DNA from: Candidatus Magasanikiibacteriota bacterium
GTDB taxonomy: Bacteria > Patescibacteriota > Patescibacteriia > Magasanikbacterales > UBA922
NCBI GenBank assembly: GCA_043825135.1
Contig: JBDRSF010000066.1
Location: 6,355-70,354 of the forward strand
DNA length: 64,000 nucleotides
Reading direction: 5' to 3'
Below the pieces are notes generated by a model. It searched no databases. It was given only the letters and a program-made list of their open reading frames with translations, and was not told where the DNA came from. A program made the position numbers and the translations under genes. Shown one piece after another: positions 18,566 through 28,500 of this stretch. The stretch's first letter is position 1. Every line of letters begins with the position of its first letter.

Positions 18566-20847
18566 TAAAAGGTATCTATTGCCCATTCAGCCAATCTTTC
18601 CGGTTCATCAAATCGATTTGCATAGTCTGGATTGCCCATGGTAATGACAACAAATTTTTTATTATCGCTTTTTCTTTCTATTAACATTATCAAACCTGCA
18701 CCAGCCTCGTCAAGATAGCCGGTTTTACTGGAAATAATATTGAAATTCAGTCCGGTTTTATTTACTAAGTAATTACTGTGATAATCATAATGATGGGGCA
18801 TATTATCCTTATCAATTAATTCATCATATTCATATTTTTTCATTCCTAAATAATCTCGGATAGTTTTATTTTTTTCAGCATTGATATAAATTGTCAAAAA
18901 TTCTTTAGCAGTACTGATATTACCCAAGTCAAAACCATAGACATCAGTAAATTTTGTATTTTCCAAACCCCAATCATCAGCTTGTATATTCATTTTAGTT
19001 ATAAAACTACTTTCATCTTGTTCTGTTGAATCAACAAGCATGCGAGCTGGGGTATTGAGTGATGATACCAACATAGCTTTTAATAAATCTGAATTGCGGT
19101 ATTTTTCTCCAGTGGCTATTCTAAAGCTATGATAAACAGCTTGGTGTTCATTTGGATTGTATGTTGTAGATTGGTCGAGATTAAGACCTTCTTTCATCAT
19201 TGTGTAGGCTGTCATAACTTTGGTAAATGAAGCCAATGGTCGGATGACATCAATATTTTTGCCAGCTAAAATTTCTTTGGTTTCGTAATCAGCAATTAAA
19301 TAAGTATTTATGTTAGTAATAATTTGTTTACCTTCGTAAACAGTTTGGTCTTCTAATATGGTAAACATTTGACCATTTTCTTCTATTGTATCGTTTGAGC
19401 TATCATTTTCAGAAGAAATATTTACATTTGTTATTATATTTGAGTCTTCGTTAGTTAGAGCTAAAGCTAAACGTGATGGTAAATACAAAGGCTGTCCTGT
19501 GGGGTGGTTAATTCCTGTTATGGTATCTGTCCAAATTATATTGTCCCAACTGTAACCAAAGCCGTTAAATACCTCTTCACTAGCAATATGGCGTTTTTTG
19601 CCTTTTTCAATTACATAAATTTTATTTGAACCTTGAATACCGAGTAGTGTTCCGTCTTTATATTTTATTAATTCCCCCACTGTATAATTGGCTAGGTCTG
19701 CTATTATTGCTTTTTCTTCTGGTAAGTTAGGAAAATTTATTTTGGTTATCAGTTCGTCTGTTATTGGAAAAAGAACATTATCTTTTAAATAATACAAACT
19801 ATTATTTTCTGTGATGCGCAAAAGTCGGCCAGTCGCTTCAATGGCTTCAACTTCACCTGAAATAGTATTGCCAATATTAAAACCAACTATGTCGTTTGTT
19901 GTAATTTCTATAATTTCATCAGGGTTATAGCCAATATTTTTTACTACGTCATAACTAGCAAAAGGCCGTAGGGTGTCATAATCTAGCAAATAGTATTTAG
20001 TATCTTGTTTTAGGATTGAGTAATTTGGGAAAGATAATCCCGAACCATTGGGGTAATTTACAAGTTCACTGGTCGGGGCTGATACAACCATTTTGGGATC
20101 AAAGCGACTAGCTAGAACCCCCATACTTTTTATAAGTCGTTTTTCTCCATCTTGAATTACATAGATATTAGAGCTTGAACTATCTTTTACTAAAGTCCCG
20201 TCAGGAAAAACTTGAGTAAACCATCTATTCCAAAGAGTCCAAAAATTTTTGTTTCCTTCAATGTGAGGAGTATAGGTGTAAAGAAAAGCAGTAGCATAGT
20301 TTTTTGGTATAACAGCTTGACCATCTATAATATTGGTTTGATTTGGTTTTTTTATCCAAGGTTGAAGTCTTACATTGTCATAGTACCAGCGAATTATACC
20401 AGCAGCACTATCTACTTGCTTACCAAAACCTTTGTTATTGAGATAAGTGTCACATGACCAACCACAGCCGTCGGTAATACCATAACCAGTTGCACCATCC
20501 AATTGTTTTTGTGTAGGGTTATCTATAGTAATTAAACTTTGTTCCTTTTGTAATTTGACTAGTAGGTATTTTGGATTAATTCCATGTTCTTTAGCAGCTC
20601 GACTAATAATATCAGACGCTAGACGAGTAACGCCGTCTTTGTCAGATGTTCTAAGGTCTGCGAGGGAACTATCATAATCTTCTAAAAAGGCTTGAATATC
20701 AGCCCTATTCATGCTTTCCCAGGCTTGCATTTCTTCGTCTGAAATAATGTAGTTAGCATCAAAATTGTCTTCAGCTAACGCAAAAATAGGGGATAAAGTT
20801 ATCCCGACTAATATTACAAAAATGGCTATTTTAATGTATAGCTTCAT
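18565..20847 (-). CDS. Secreted multidomain protein with C-terminal D-Ala-D-Ala carboxypeptidase (S11) domain
   Basis: Signal peptide; SFTK, SLN and KTG motifs; N-terminal INPKYLLVKLQKEQSL domain; central repeats. Confidence 0.85.
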   Translation of the reverse strand: MKLYIKIAIFVILVGITLSPIFALAEDNFDANYIISDEEMQAWESMNRADIQAFLEDYDSSLADLRTSDKDGVTRLASDIISRAAKEHGINPKYLLVKLQKEQSLITIDNPTQKQLDGATGYGITDGCGWSCDTYLNNKGFGKQVDSAAGIIRWYYDNVRLQPWIKKPNQTNIIDGQAVIPKNYATAFLYTYTPHIEGNKNFWTLWNRWFTQVFPDGTLVKDSSSSNIYVIQDGEKRLIKSMGVLASRFDPKMVVSAPTSELVNYPNGSGLSFPNYSILKQDTKYYLLDYDTLRPFASYDVVKNIGYNPDEIIEITTNDIVGFNIGNTISGEVEAIEATGRLLRITENNSLYYLKDNVLFPITDELITKINFPNLPEEKAIIADLANYTVGELIKYKDGTLLGIQGSNKIYVIEKGKKRHIASEEVFNGFGYSWDNIIWTDTITGINHPTGQPLYLPSRLALALTNEDSNIITNVNISSENDSSNDTIEENGQMFTILEDQTVYEGKQIITNINTYLIADYETKEILAGKNIDVIRPLASFTKVMTAYTMMKEGLNLDQSTTYNPNEHQAVYHSFRIATGEKYRNSDLLKAMLVSSLNTPARMLVDSTEQDESSFITKMNIQADDWGLENTKFTDVYGFDLGNISTAKEFLTIYINAEKNKTIRDYLGMKKYEYDELIDKDNMPHHYDYHSNYLVNKTGLNFNIISSKTGYLDEAGAGLIMLIERKSDNKKFVVITMGNPDYANRFDEPERLAEWAIDTF

Positions 20848-21018
20848 ACAGATACATTATACCATATTTTGATTTTTTGGGAAATTACTGTCGTTGCTTC
20901 GTTATCCAGTATTTCATCTGGATACCTCCCTCCAGTACGGCGGGCAGGCGCAATGACACTTATTTTTTTAATCAAAAAAACACTAGTATTTTCTAGTGAT
21001 TTTTTGTTTTTCCCTCTA

Positions 21019-21723
21019 TCATTTAAACCTCAATTTCAAAATTATCCAAAAAAATTCAAAAATATCTTTTTTGGAAAGTTTTGATTTTCCTTCCTGTCTA
21101 TCTATAAATACAACAGGAACTTCCGTAATGGTAAAGCCGGCTTTTTGGGTGCGATAAAGCAGTTCTTCTTGAAATGCATAACCATTACTTTTGATAGTGT
21201 CAATATTAATTGATTCTAAAACGCGCCGTTTAAAACACCTAAAACCAGCGGTGACATCTCTAGGTTTTAACCCCAAAACGAGTCTAGAAAACCACATGGC
21301 ACCATTACTCATAAATTTGCGAGTCCAACCCCAGCCAATTACTTTGCCACCCTTAATTTTACGTGAACCAATTGCCAAATCTGCCTGCTGACAAGCTTTT
21401 AATAATCTTGGTACGTCTTCAGGATCATGAGAAAAATCAGCATCCATCTCAAAAATGTAATCAGCCTCAAGTTTAAGAGCCTTTTTAAATCCGGCAATAT
21501 ATGCACTCCCTAGACCAAGTTTTCCTTCTCGTTGGATTAAATGTATTTTTTGATTGCCGAGAGCCGATTGCTGATCGCTAACAATATTGGCAGTGCCATC
21601 GGGTGAATTATCATCCACAACTAGAATTTCCAAGCCAACAACCTGCTGAGCAAATATTTTTTTAATAAGTTTCTCAATATTTTCGCTTTCATTGTAAGTT
21701 GGAATAACTATTATGGTTTTCAT
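21019..21723 (-). CDS. Polyprenol-phosphate mannose synthase (GT2)
   Basis: IPTYNESEN, DDNSPDGT, KLGLGSAY, EMDADFSHDP, GYAFQ. Confidence 0.92.
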   Translation of the reverse strand: MKTIIVIPTYNESENIEKLIKKIFAQQVVGLEILVVDDNSPDGTANIVSDQQSALGNQKIHLIQREGKLGLGSAYIAGFKKALKLEADYIFEMDADFSHDPEDVPRLLKACQQADLAIGSRKIKGGKVIGWGWTRKFMSNGAMWFSRLVLGLKPRDVTAGFRCFKRRVLESINIDTIKSNGYAFQEELLYRTQKAGFTITEVPVVFIDRQEGKSKLSKKDIFEFFWIILKLRFK

Positions 21724-21727
21724 AGTT

Positions 21728-22570
21728 TTATTTTCTTCTAGCGCAAGTAATCACATTTTTCAAAAGTAGAGCCACAGTGATTGGACCGACTCCACCTGGA
21801 ACCGGAGTAATGTGACTGGCTTTTTTACTAACCTCTGTAAAATTGATATCACCATACATTTTTCCTTCTGCAAAGCAAATACCAGTATCAATGACAAGGG
21901 CGCCTTTTTTTATCATGTTGCCTCGTAATAAGTCTTTTTTTCCGACAGCCATGACCACAATATCTGCTCTTGAACTCTTTTCTTTAATATTTTTTGTATT
22001 TTCATCACAGAGTGTTACCGTGCCACCTTTGTTACTTAAGATTATTGATAATGGTTTACCAACTAGAGCACCAGCCCCAATAATACAGATGTTTTGTCCA
22101 GTTACTTTAATACCAAGTTCTTTGATAATTGTTTTGACCGCATAAGGGGTTGGTGGCAAAAGAAAGCCGGTTCTCATGACCAGCCGACCAATATTTTCAT
22201 TGGTTAAGCAATCCACATCAATATTTGGGTCAACTGCATTTAAAACTTCTGGTGTATAAAGCGGTTCTGGTAGTGGAAGTTGAATGATAAGCCCTGATGG
22301 ATTTTCTTGTTTTTGAATTTGTTTAATTTCAGCAACCAAATCATCTTTGCTAATTTCAGCTGGGTATTTATGTAGGACAAATTCAATACCAATCTGTTCG
22401 GCAGCTTCTTGTTTTTTTCGGATATAAGTCTTTGATGGTTTATGATCTCCAACCATGACAACAATTAGCTTTGGATTTATATTTTTGGCTTGCAACAAAG
22501 CTACCTCTGATTTTAAGCGGTTTAGGATATTTTCAGCAATTTTTTTGCCATCAATAATTTGAGCAATCAT
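21728..22570 (-). CDS. folD: Bifunctional methylenetetrahydrofolate dehydrogenase/cyclohydrolase
   Basis: IIDGK, YIRKK, QLPLP, DVD, VGKPL, TPVPGGVGPITVA. Confidence 0.95.
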   Translation of the reverse strand: MIAQIIDGKKIAENILNRLKSEVALLQAKNINPKLIVVMVGDHKPSKTYIRKKQEAAEQIGIEFVLHKYPAEISKDDLVAEIKQIQKQENPSGLIIQLPLPEPLYTPEVLNAVDPNIDVDCLTNENIGRLVMRTGFLLPPTPYAVKTIIKELGIKVTGQNICIIGAGALVGKPLSIILSNKGGTVTLCDENTKNIKEKSSRADIVVMAVGKKDLLRGNMIKKGALVIDTGICFAEGKMYGDINFTEVSKKASHITPVPGGVGPITVALLLKNVITCARRK

Positions 22571-22646
22571 ATGTAAATATTGTAGCACTTTAGAAATATA
22601 TTATCAAGTTTATATTCATATTTGTTATAACTGTGGATAATTTTGT

Positions 22647-22675
22647 TTGACTTGTCTCATATTTGTTGATATTAT
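22647..22675 (+). promoter_or_regulatory. Sigma70-type promoter with upstream DnaA box
   Basis: TTGACT-17-TATTAT; TGTGGATAA at 22632-22640. Confidence 0.65.
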
Positions 22676-22681
22676 TGTCTA

Positions 22682-23021
22682 TAACGTCAGGCTGTGCCGT
22701 ACTTAAAAATTGGTGTTCCAATAACTGGGAAAATGTCTCGTTTAGGGAAGTGGATACGTGCCTCTTGTGGGCAACTGAAGCTTTTACAGCGAGTCCACCA
22801 TTGTTTGAGGATCAAACACCAAGGGCGAGAGCTTTCTGCAGGGCCACCTGACTAAAGGGCCGAGCGAAGTATCAATCGATACAAGACGCGAGCTGTTTTC
22901 AACGGCTCAAATCTAAATTCTCCGAGGCGGGGAATGGGTCGAAAAGGGGGTAACGTTTCGGTATTAGCTCGGCCCCCTTTCTAAAATAACACACTCCGAC
23001 GTAATATCGGAGTGTTTTTTT
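22682..23021 (+). ncRNA. Unidentified large structured non-coding RNA
   Basis: Promoter and terminator bracket a GC-rich region with two closed multibranch domains (GTCAGG/CCTGAC and GGGCCGAGC/GCTCGGCCC); G-U pairs favour the plus strand; no credible ORF. Confidence 0.7.
22991..23021 (+). terminator. Intrinsic terminator (possibly bidirectional)
   Basis: ACACTCCGA-loop-TCGGAGTGT plus T run. Confidence 0.8.
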
Positions 23022-23045
23022 ACTTGCAGTTTAAGGTGTACACGG

Positions 23046-24539
23046 CTATAAATTGATGAGATATGCTTTACCATCAGTAAAAAATTGATCACCACTGAAA
23101 TTTTGACCCAAGATGGGATCAACTTGCTTAATTTGCCCAAAATTTTGCACTAAACCAGTTTTTTGTAGATCAGACAAAATTAGATCGCGTTCGCTATCAA
23201 TGTCGGGACTAATTTGATGTGTGATAAGCCATTTAATTCTAGTATCCAAGCTAGCTGTTCCAAAGTAAACATTATCACCGTTTTCCGTAATATAATTTGT
23301 TTTCCAAAATCGAGTATGGTGCCTCTGTCTAACACTGTCCGTGTCTGTAGATTTTTCCCAACCGAAATCATGAACCTGTTTATTCCAAAATGAGGGCGTC
23401 ATTGGTGCGGTGGGATAAGCTTGGTTTAATACGGCCGACCTGATTAATTTATTGACTGATGAGGGATTTAATTTTTCTCCCATTGCCCAACCGGCTTTGG
23501 CCAATGTTGATTGTAGGATTTCATCATTTGGGGCAATAATAATTATACTAATTGGTTCTTGGTTTCTTCCAGTGAGTGTTTCAGTATAGCAGGGTAAAGT
23601 ATAGTCTTGAAAAATAGTCTGGCTATTGCTAACGGTTATAAAATTTTCTTTTGGATTATATTTTATAAGTTCTGGATGATAAAGTATTCCAAAAATTAAA
23701 TATATGGCCAGTCCTGTTATTATCAGTCCTGATTCTAGGATTTTCCTAGTCTTGTTTTTAAGAATTGGCTTATTATTGTCTTTATTTAACGATATTTTCC
23801 ATTCTGTCAAACTAATGCTCATAATTAACCAGAGTAACCCAACTAAGTAACCTGCCCAAACATCACTTATATAATGAACACCCAAATAAAGTCGACTAAA
23901 ACCTATTAAAAAGATTAAAATAATCAAGCCGACATTAGCTAAAACAAGGTGATGTCTTTTTTTGATAAATTTCCAAGCCAGATAAATCAAAAATCCATAA
24001 AAAGCCATAGTGATGGTAGCGTGACCACTTGGAAAAGAACCGGAATGTTCTAAATATACTGCTAATTGAGGTCGTGGTCGATTAAGTAGAATTTTTGTAA
24101 CATAGGTAAAAAAAACACTACCAACTAAAGTTAACCAAAGAGCCATTATTTCTACTTTCTTTTTATTTAACCAGAGGATCAAAGTTGTTATAACAGAAAA
24201 AAGTATTACAATATAACTTTTGCCCAAAAGCGTAATCCACAGGAAAAAATTAACAGCCTTTTCATTGCGGAAAATATAAAATAAGACATTAATTCTTTCA
24301 TCAGCACTCACAATTATGCCTGAACTTATAAAATCTTCAATTACACCACCAAGCAATAGAAGTACATAAAAAATAGCAACTAATAAAAGAGTTAGAGGTA
24401 AGCCACTAAAATGTTCAATATTGGTACGTTTTTTAATTATTCCGGTTATTTTAGGATGGTGTTTTTTTATCTTTGCTATTTCTTCATTACTATGAAAAGC
24501 ACGCCAAAAAGAACGTAAAAGTGATTTTATTAGCTTCAT
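23046..24539 (-). CDS. PAP2 phosphatase fused to LssY C-terminal domain
   Basis: K..LNRPRP, SFPSGH, SRLYLGVHY.SDV; C-terminal YPTAPMTP..RHH.RFW..TH.I.PDID.ERD. Confidence 0.88.
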   Translation of the reverse strand: MKLIKSLLRSFWRAFHSNEEIAKIKKHHPKITGIIKKRTNIEHFSGLPLTLLLVAIFYVLLLLGGVIEDFISSGIIVSADERINVLFYIFRNEKAVNFFLWITLLGKSYIVILFSVITTLILWLNKKKVEIMALWLTLVGSVFFTYVTKILLNRPRPQLAVYLEHSGSFPSGHATITMAFYGFLIYLAWKFIKKRHHLVLANVGLIILIFLIGFSRLYLGVHYISDVWAGYLVGLLWLIMSISLTEWKISLNKDNNKPILKNKTRKILESGLIITGLAIYLIFGILYHPELIKYNPKENFITVSNSQTIFQDYTLPCYTETLTGRNQEPISIIIIAPNDEILQSTLAKAGWAMGEKLNPSSVNKLIRSAVLNQAYPTAPMTPSFWNKQVHDFGWEKSTDTDSVRQRHHTRFWKTNYITENGDNVYFGTASLDTRIKWLITHQISPDIDSERDLILSDLQKTGLVQNFGQIKQVDPILGQNFSGDQFFTDGKAYLINL

Positions 24540-24983
24540 AATGTAGTTTATTATTTATAGTATAATTATAGCACTAGCGGGAGATTTAATCCAGAATAAA
24601 GTTCCGTAGTGTTTTAATAATAAATACATCATAGAATTTTGTCCCCTCCCCTTTTAGGGGAGGGTTAGGCCTGCCCGCCAGTACCTCGCTTGTTACACTA
24701 GCATTGCGAGTGAGCAGGCATGGCAGGCGGGGAGGGGTGGCTTGTCGAAGCTGTTGTCTTTGTTTTAGCTGAAACGAAAGTTGCTTGCCTCTAAGCTCTA
24801 CCCCCTCCTAGCCTCCCCCTAACAGGGGGAGGGATTCAGTCTTATGTGCCGTGTAATATCTGACATTGAAAAGAATAAGGACTTGACTTTTGGCGAAAAT
24901 TGGATTATAATTTCAAGGTTCATAATTTGGAATACAACTAGCTCTTATTCCATTGTTACGTAGCATGTTACGTAACAAAACAA

Positions 24984-25054
24984 TCGCGGATCGTCTAATG
25001 GTAGGACAACAGTTTCTGGTACTGTTTATCGGGGTTCGAATCCCTGTCCGCGAA
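24984..25054 (+). tRNA. tRNA-Gln(CTG), CCA not encoded
   Basis: Acceptor TCGCGGA/TCCGCGA, anticodon arm ACAGT-TTCTGGT-ACTGT, GGTTCGAATCC. Confidence 0.95.
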
Positions 25055-25107
25055 CAAATAAAAATAAGACTTCAAAAATGTCTTATTTTGTTTGTGGATA
25101 AGTAATC

Positions 25108-25141
25108 TTGACATAGTAATACAGATGTATTACACTACCAT
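25108..25141 (+). promoter_or_regulatory. TA operon promoter with palindromic operator
   Basis: TTGACA at 25108; palindrome GTAATACA-GA-TGTATTAC at 25116-25133. Confidence 0.65.
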
Positions 25142-25165
25142 AGTAAATTAATAATATTAAAAAAT

Positions 25166-25411
25166 ATGCGTCAAGTTTTAAGTTTGTCGTTACCCCAGCA
25201 AATGACAAAAGAAATAAAGAAAAGTGCCAAACAAAAAGGTTTTAGCTCTGTTTCTAGTTATGTAAAATATTTATTCGAGACCGATAATGATGTGATTACC
25301 ACAGAACAACTTTTAGAAGATGTCAAAGAGGCAGAAAGAGACTATAAAGCTGGAAAGTGCATAAAAGCTAATTCTTTAACCGAGGCGCTTAAAATTTATG
25401 ATAGTCACTAA
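25166..25411 (+). CDS. Ribbon-helix-helix antitoxin
   Basis: LSLSLP..M.KEIKK.AK..GFSSVSSYV; overlaps the downstream toxin. Confidence 0.8.
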   Translation: MRQVLSLSLPQQMTKEIKKSAKQKGFSSVSSYVKYLFETDNDVITTEQLLEDVKEAERDYKAGKCIKANSLTEALKIYDSH

Positions 25412-25670
25412 TGTTTTTTATTCGCCGTCATTTTTAAAGGAGGCTAAAAAATTACCAGCAGAAGTTCTAAGTATATTTGAAAAAAAAGAAAAGATATTTA
25501 GATTAAATCCACTTCATCCTTCTCTAAGACTTCATCAATTACATGGTGAATTGAATTATTTATGGTCGATTTCTCTTAATAAAAATTATAGATCAATTTT
25601 TAAACGTCAAAAAAATGGGGATATTATTTTTGTTTCTATAGGTAAACATGATATTTATAAAGATTTGTAA
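25398..25670 (+). CDS. RelE/YafQ-family mRNA interferase toxin
   Basis: YSPSF.K..KKL, NPLHPSLRLHQLHG, WSISL..NYR, IGKHDIY. Confidence 0.85.
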   Translation: MIVTNVFYSPSFLKEAKKLPAEVLSIFEKKEKIFRLNPLHPSLRLHQLHGELNYLWSISLNKNYRSIFKRQKNGDIIFVSIGKHDIYKDL

Positions 25671-25706
25671 TTAAAGAGTGTTATATTTATTTAATCAATT
25701 TACGAT

Positions 25707-26682
25707 ATGAAAGTTCTAACCTTTGTAGGTGATTATTCCTATACTCAAAGATAAAATTTACAATGGCTTGGTTGCATTGTGTCATTTTGAACCATTTGAT
25801 GATGTAGATGGAATAAAAAAACTAACTACAGTACTAATAAAAAAAGCTAATAATAAACAAATTATTTTAGTTCCTTTTGCGCATCTTCATGATAAAGTAG
25901 CTCCAGTAACAGAAGCAAATAATTTATTTAATATTTTAATAAATAAGGTAAAAATAAAATATCCAAATACAGAATTTGCCCCTTTTGGTGTAGAAAAAGA
26001 GTTAAATATTTCAATAGATAAAAAAGATGCGTTGGTTAGCTTTTTAAACTTTAAACCAACATATTTAAACGAAGTTAGGCGGTTATATGATGTGTATGCT
26101 CAAAATTACGACGCGCACATGATGGAAACGGGGCATTATGATGCACAAGAAAAAATATATAATAACATCAAGTCAAATATTCAAGAACCTATTTTGGATT
26201 TGGCATCTGGCCCAGGTTTTCTGCTAAAAAAGATGTCAAAAGATTTTTCAGAAGTTTACGCAAATGACATTTCTGAAGTAATGATTGAATTTGCAAAAAA
26301 TAGAATAAAGAAAGATACAATAAAATTTTCAAAAGATAATGTTATAACCCTCAACTCCTATAAAGATATAAAATTTGGGACAATATTTTCTACCAATTTA
26401 TTTTATTATATAAAAGATAGAGAGAGGAATAAGGCAATCAAATGCTGGAAAAAACTACTTAAAAAAGATGGAAATTTAATTTTTATAGAAGAATATCCTT
26501 TTGTAGATACAGAATCAAAATTTTTTAAGGGTAAAAAAGATGGTATTACAAATATACTCTCACCAATTCCACCTGAAGAGCTTATTGCGTTATTAGAACA
26601 TTATGGTTTTAAATTTAAATTAAAGATTAAAACTCCAATAGACAAACGTCATAATTTGTATGGTTTAGTGTTTTCATTATAA
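25707..26682 (+). CDS. Archaeal-type ThrRS editing-domain / class I SAM methyltransferase fusion; apparent +1 frameshift near 5' end
   Basis: LVPFAHL and APFG..KE motifs; ILDLASGPG; ATG 25707 MKVLTFVGDYSYTQR* is one base out of frame with the long ORF (25729-26682). Confidence 0.7.
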
Positions 26683-26825
26683 ATAATTTTAAAATTTTTA
26701 AATCAACCATTAAAAAACTGTAAAAAAATAAAATAAACAAATAAAAACAATCCGTTTAATACGGGTTGTTTTTGAAATCATAAATTAAATATGGTATAAT
26801 GTGAATAATATCTAAGGTTTAAAAT

Positions 26826-27647
26826 ATGGAAACTACAAAAATCGCTTTATTCAAAGGTAAAAAAATTAGAAAAATACTTTTTCAGAATGAGTGGTGGTTT
26901 TCGGTTACTGATGTTATATATGTTCTTACAGATAGTCCTCATCCTAAAACATATTGGGCAAAAATGAAAGAACGTGATAAAGAGATATCTCAACCGTTCC
27001 CATTTTGGGAACAATTGAAATTGTCAGCAGAAGACGGAAAAATGCGAGAAACAGATTGTGCCGACACAGAGGGAGTTTTTCGTATCATTCAATCAATCCC
27101 ATCGCCAAAAGCCGAGCCGTTTAAGCGCTGGCTGGCAAAAGTTGGCTATGAAAGAGTGCAGGAAATAGAAAATCCGGAACTGGCAACTAAACGTACAAGA
27201 ATACTTTATAAGCTCAAAGGTTATCCGGAAGATTGGATAGAGAAACGAATGCGTGGAATTACTATCAGAGAAGAACTAACGGATGAGTGGCAAAAGCGCG
27301 GCGTTAAGGCACAGAAAGATTATGAGATATTGACTGCAGAAATATCCAAAGCTACTTTTGGCATTACACCAAATGAATACAAAAAAGTGAAAGGTCTCAA
27401 ACGAGAGAACTTGCGCGATCATATGGATGACTTTGAACTTATTTTTACGATGCTTGGTGAACGTTCTACTACAGAAATTCACAAAACCGAAAATTCTAAG
27501 GGGGTTCCAAAATTGGCACAGGATGCCAAACGAGGTGGGAGAATTGCCGGCATTGCCAAAGAGCAGTTGGAAAAAGAAATAGGTAAGCCTGTTATTTCCA
27601 AAAACAATTTTTTACCAAAGAAAAAGTCTCTTAAAAAATTGAAATAA
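26826..27647 (+). CDS. Bro-N domain protein (antirepressor-like)
   Basis: WWFSV.DVI.VLT, LKL.A.DGKMRETD, RIIQSIPSPKAEPFK.WLA, ENLRDHM. Confidence 0.88.
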   Translation: METTKIALFKGKKIRKILFQNEWWFSVTDVIYVLTDSPHPKTYWAKMKERDKEISQPFPFWEQLKLSAEDGKMRETDCADTEGVFRIIQSIPSPKAEPFKRWLAKVGYERVQEIENPELATKRTRILYKLKGYPEDWIEKRMRGITIREELTDEWQKRGVKAQKDYEILTAEISKATFGITPNEYKKVKGLKRENLRDHMDDFELIFTMLGERSTTEIHKTENSKGVPKLAQDAKRGGRIAGIAKEQLEKEIGKPVISKNNFLPKKKSLKKLK

Positions 27648-28221
27648 AATTGTTTATTTTTACTCAACCAAAACTATTTTAAACTCGTCATAGTACGGGA
27701 GTAATACAAAAAAACAAGCCCTCAAAAAGTTTGTTTTTGAAAACACAAATTAAATATGGTATAATTTGTAAGAATTACTAGCGCTATTTACACTTTTTGT
27801 AATTTTGTGTCATTGCGCCGTGCCCGCCTTTGGAGGGAGGAGACCGAGAGATCCCTCGTCTTCACTCGGGACAAGCTCCGCAATCCCATTCATTAGTGCG
27901 TTAAAGACTGGGATTGCTTCGTCAGCCGATGCGAATCGGCCTCCTCGCAATGACACAAAAACTGTGTTTATATTGATAACGAGTATAAACAACGCTCGTA
28001 ATTCTTACAAATAATTATATAAACTTAAATAAAGAATTACTGATTTAAACAATGATTTAAATCAGTGTTTAAATCATTGTTTTTTATGCGTAGAAAATTA
28101 GAAGATAAAAATATAGGCTTAATGGTAAATTCGGTGGTGCTAATCTCTGTATTTTAACACCCTGAGCATTACTTTAAATTGTCTGTTCTTATGAAGTGAC
28201 GCTTTATTATAATTCATTACA

Positions 28222-28500
28222 CTGGCTCCGTTAGGAGCCAACTGTTTGTAGCTTGAATCATTAGAAATATTTGTTAGCTCCGTAGGAGCGACCTGTTTGG
28301 TTGGTTTACGTAAATAACAGGACGCTCCCGTTCGGCCTGAGCTCACGACCGAAGGCTACGGAGCTTTTGTTTTGGTGATTGGTCTTTATCTACAAACAGG
28401 ACGCCCCTCTGGGGCTGGGTGATTTATTTTGTTTTATCTACAAACAGGACGCCCCTCTGGGGCTGGGTGATTTATTTTGTTTTATCTACAAACAGTTTGA
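28222..28500. repeat. REP cluster (GCTCCGTAGGAGC / CTACAAACAGGACG) including a 48-bp tandem duplication
   Basis: Inward-facing copies 28224-28298 versus 28315-28495; identical 48-bp units start at 28385 and 28433. Confidence 0.8.

Noticed and set aside
22623-22640. Replication origin
   Set aside because: DnaA boxes are single and dispersed rather than clustered, and dnaA/dnaN are absent from the window
22750-22800. tmRNA or tRNA suggested by GAGTCCACCA
   Set aside because: No T-loop GTTCRA and no GGGG 5' acceptor strand; the segment pairs locally with GTGGATACG
22663-22851. 62-aa ORF in the track
   Set aside because: TTG start overlaps the -10 region, no RBS or recognisable motifs; better explained as structured RNA
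22589-22990. Folate-related riboswitch for folD
   Set aside because: G-U pairing, promoter and terminator place the RNA on the strand opposite to folD
25166-27647. Prophage at tRNA-Gln
   Set aside because: No integrase, structural genes or duplicated tRNA 3' end visible
27805-28346. Short ORFs 27805-28014, 27810-27992 and 28140-28346
   Set aside because: They are translations of REP DNA; the same applies to ORFs at 32880-33382 and 35761-36101
28385-28495. Possible CRISPR array
   Set aside because: Units are identical 48-bp tandem copies without unique spacers, and there are no cas genes
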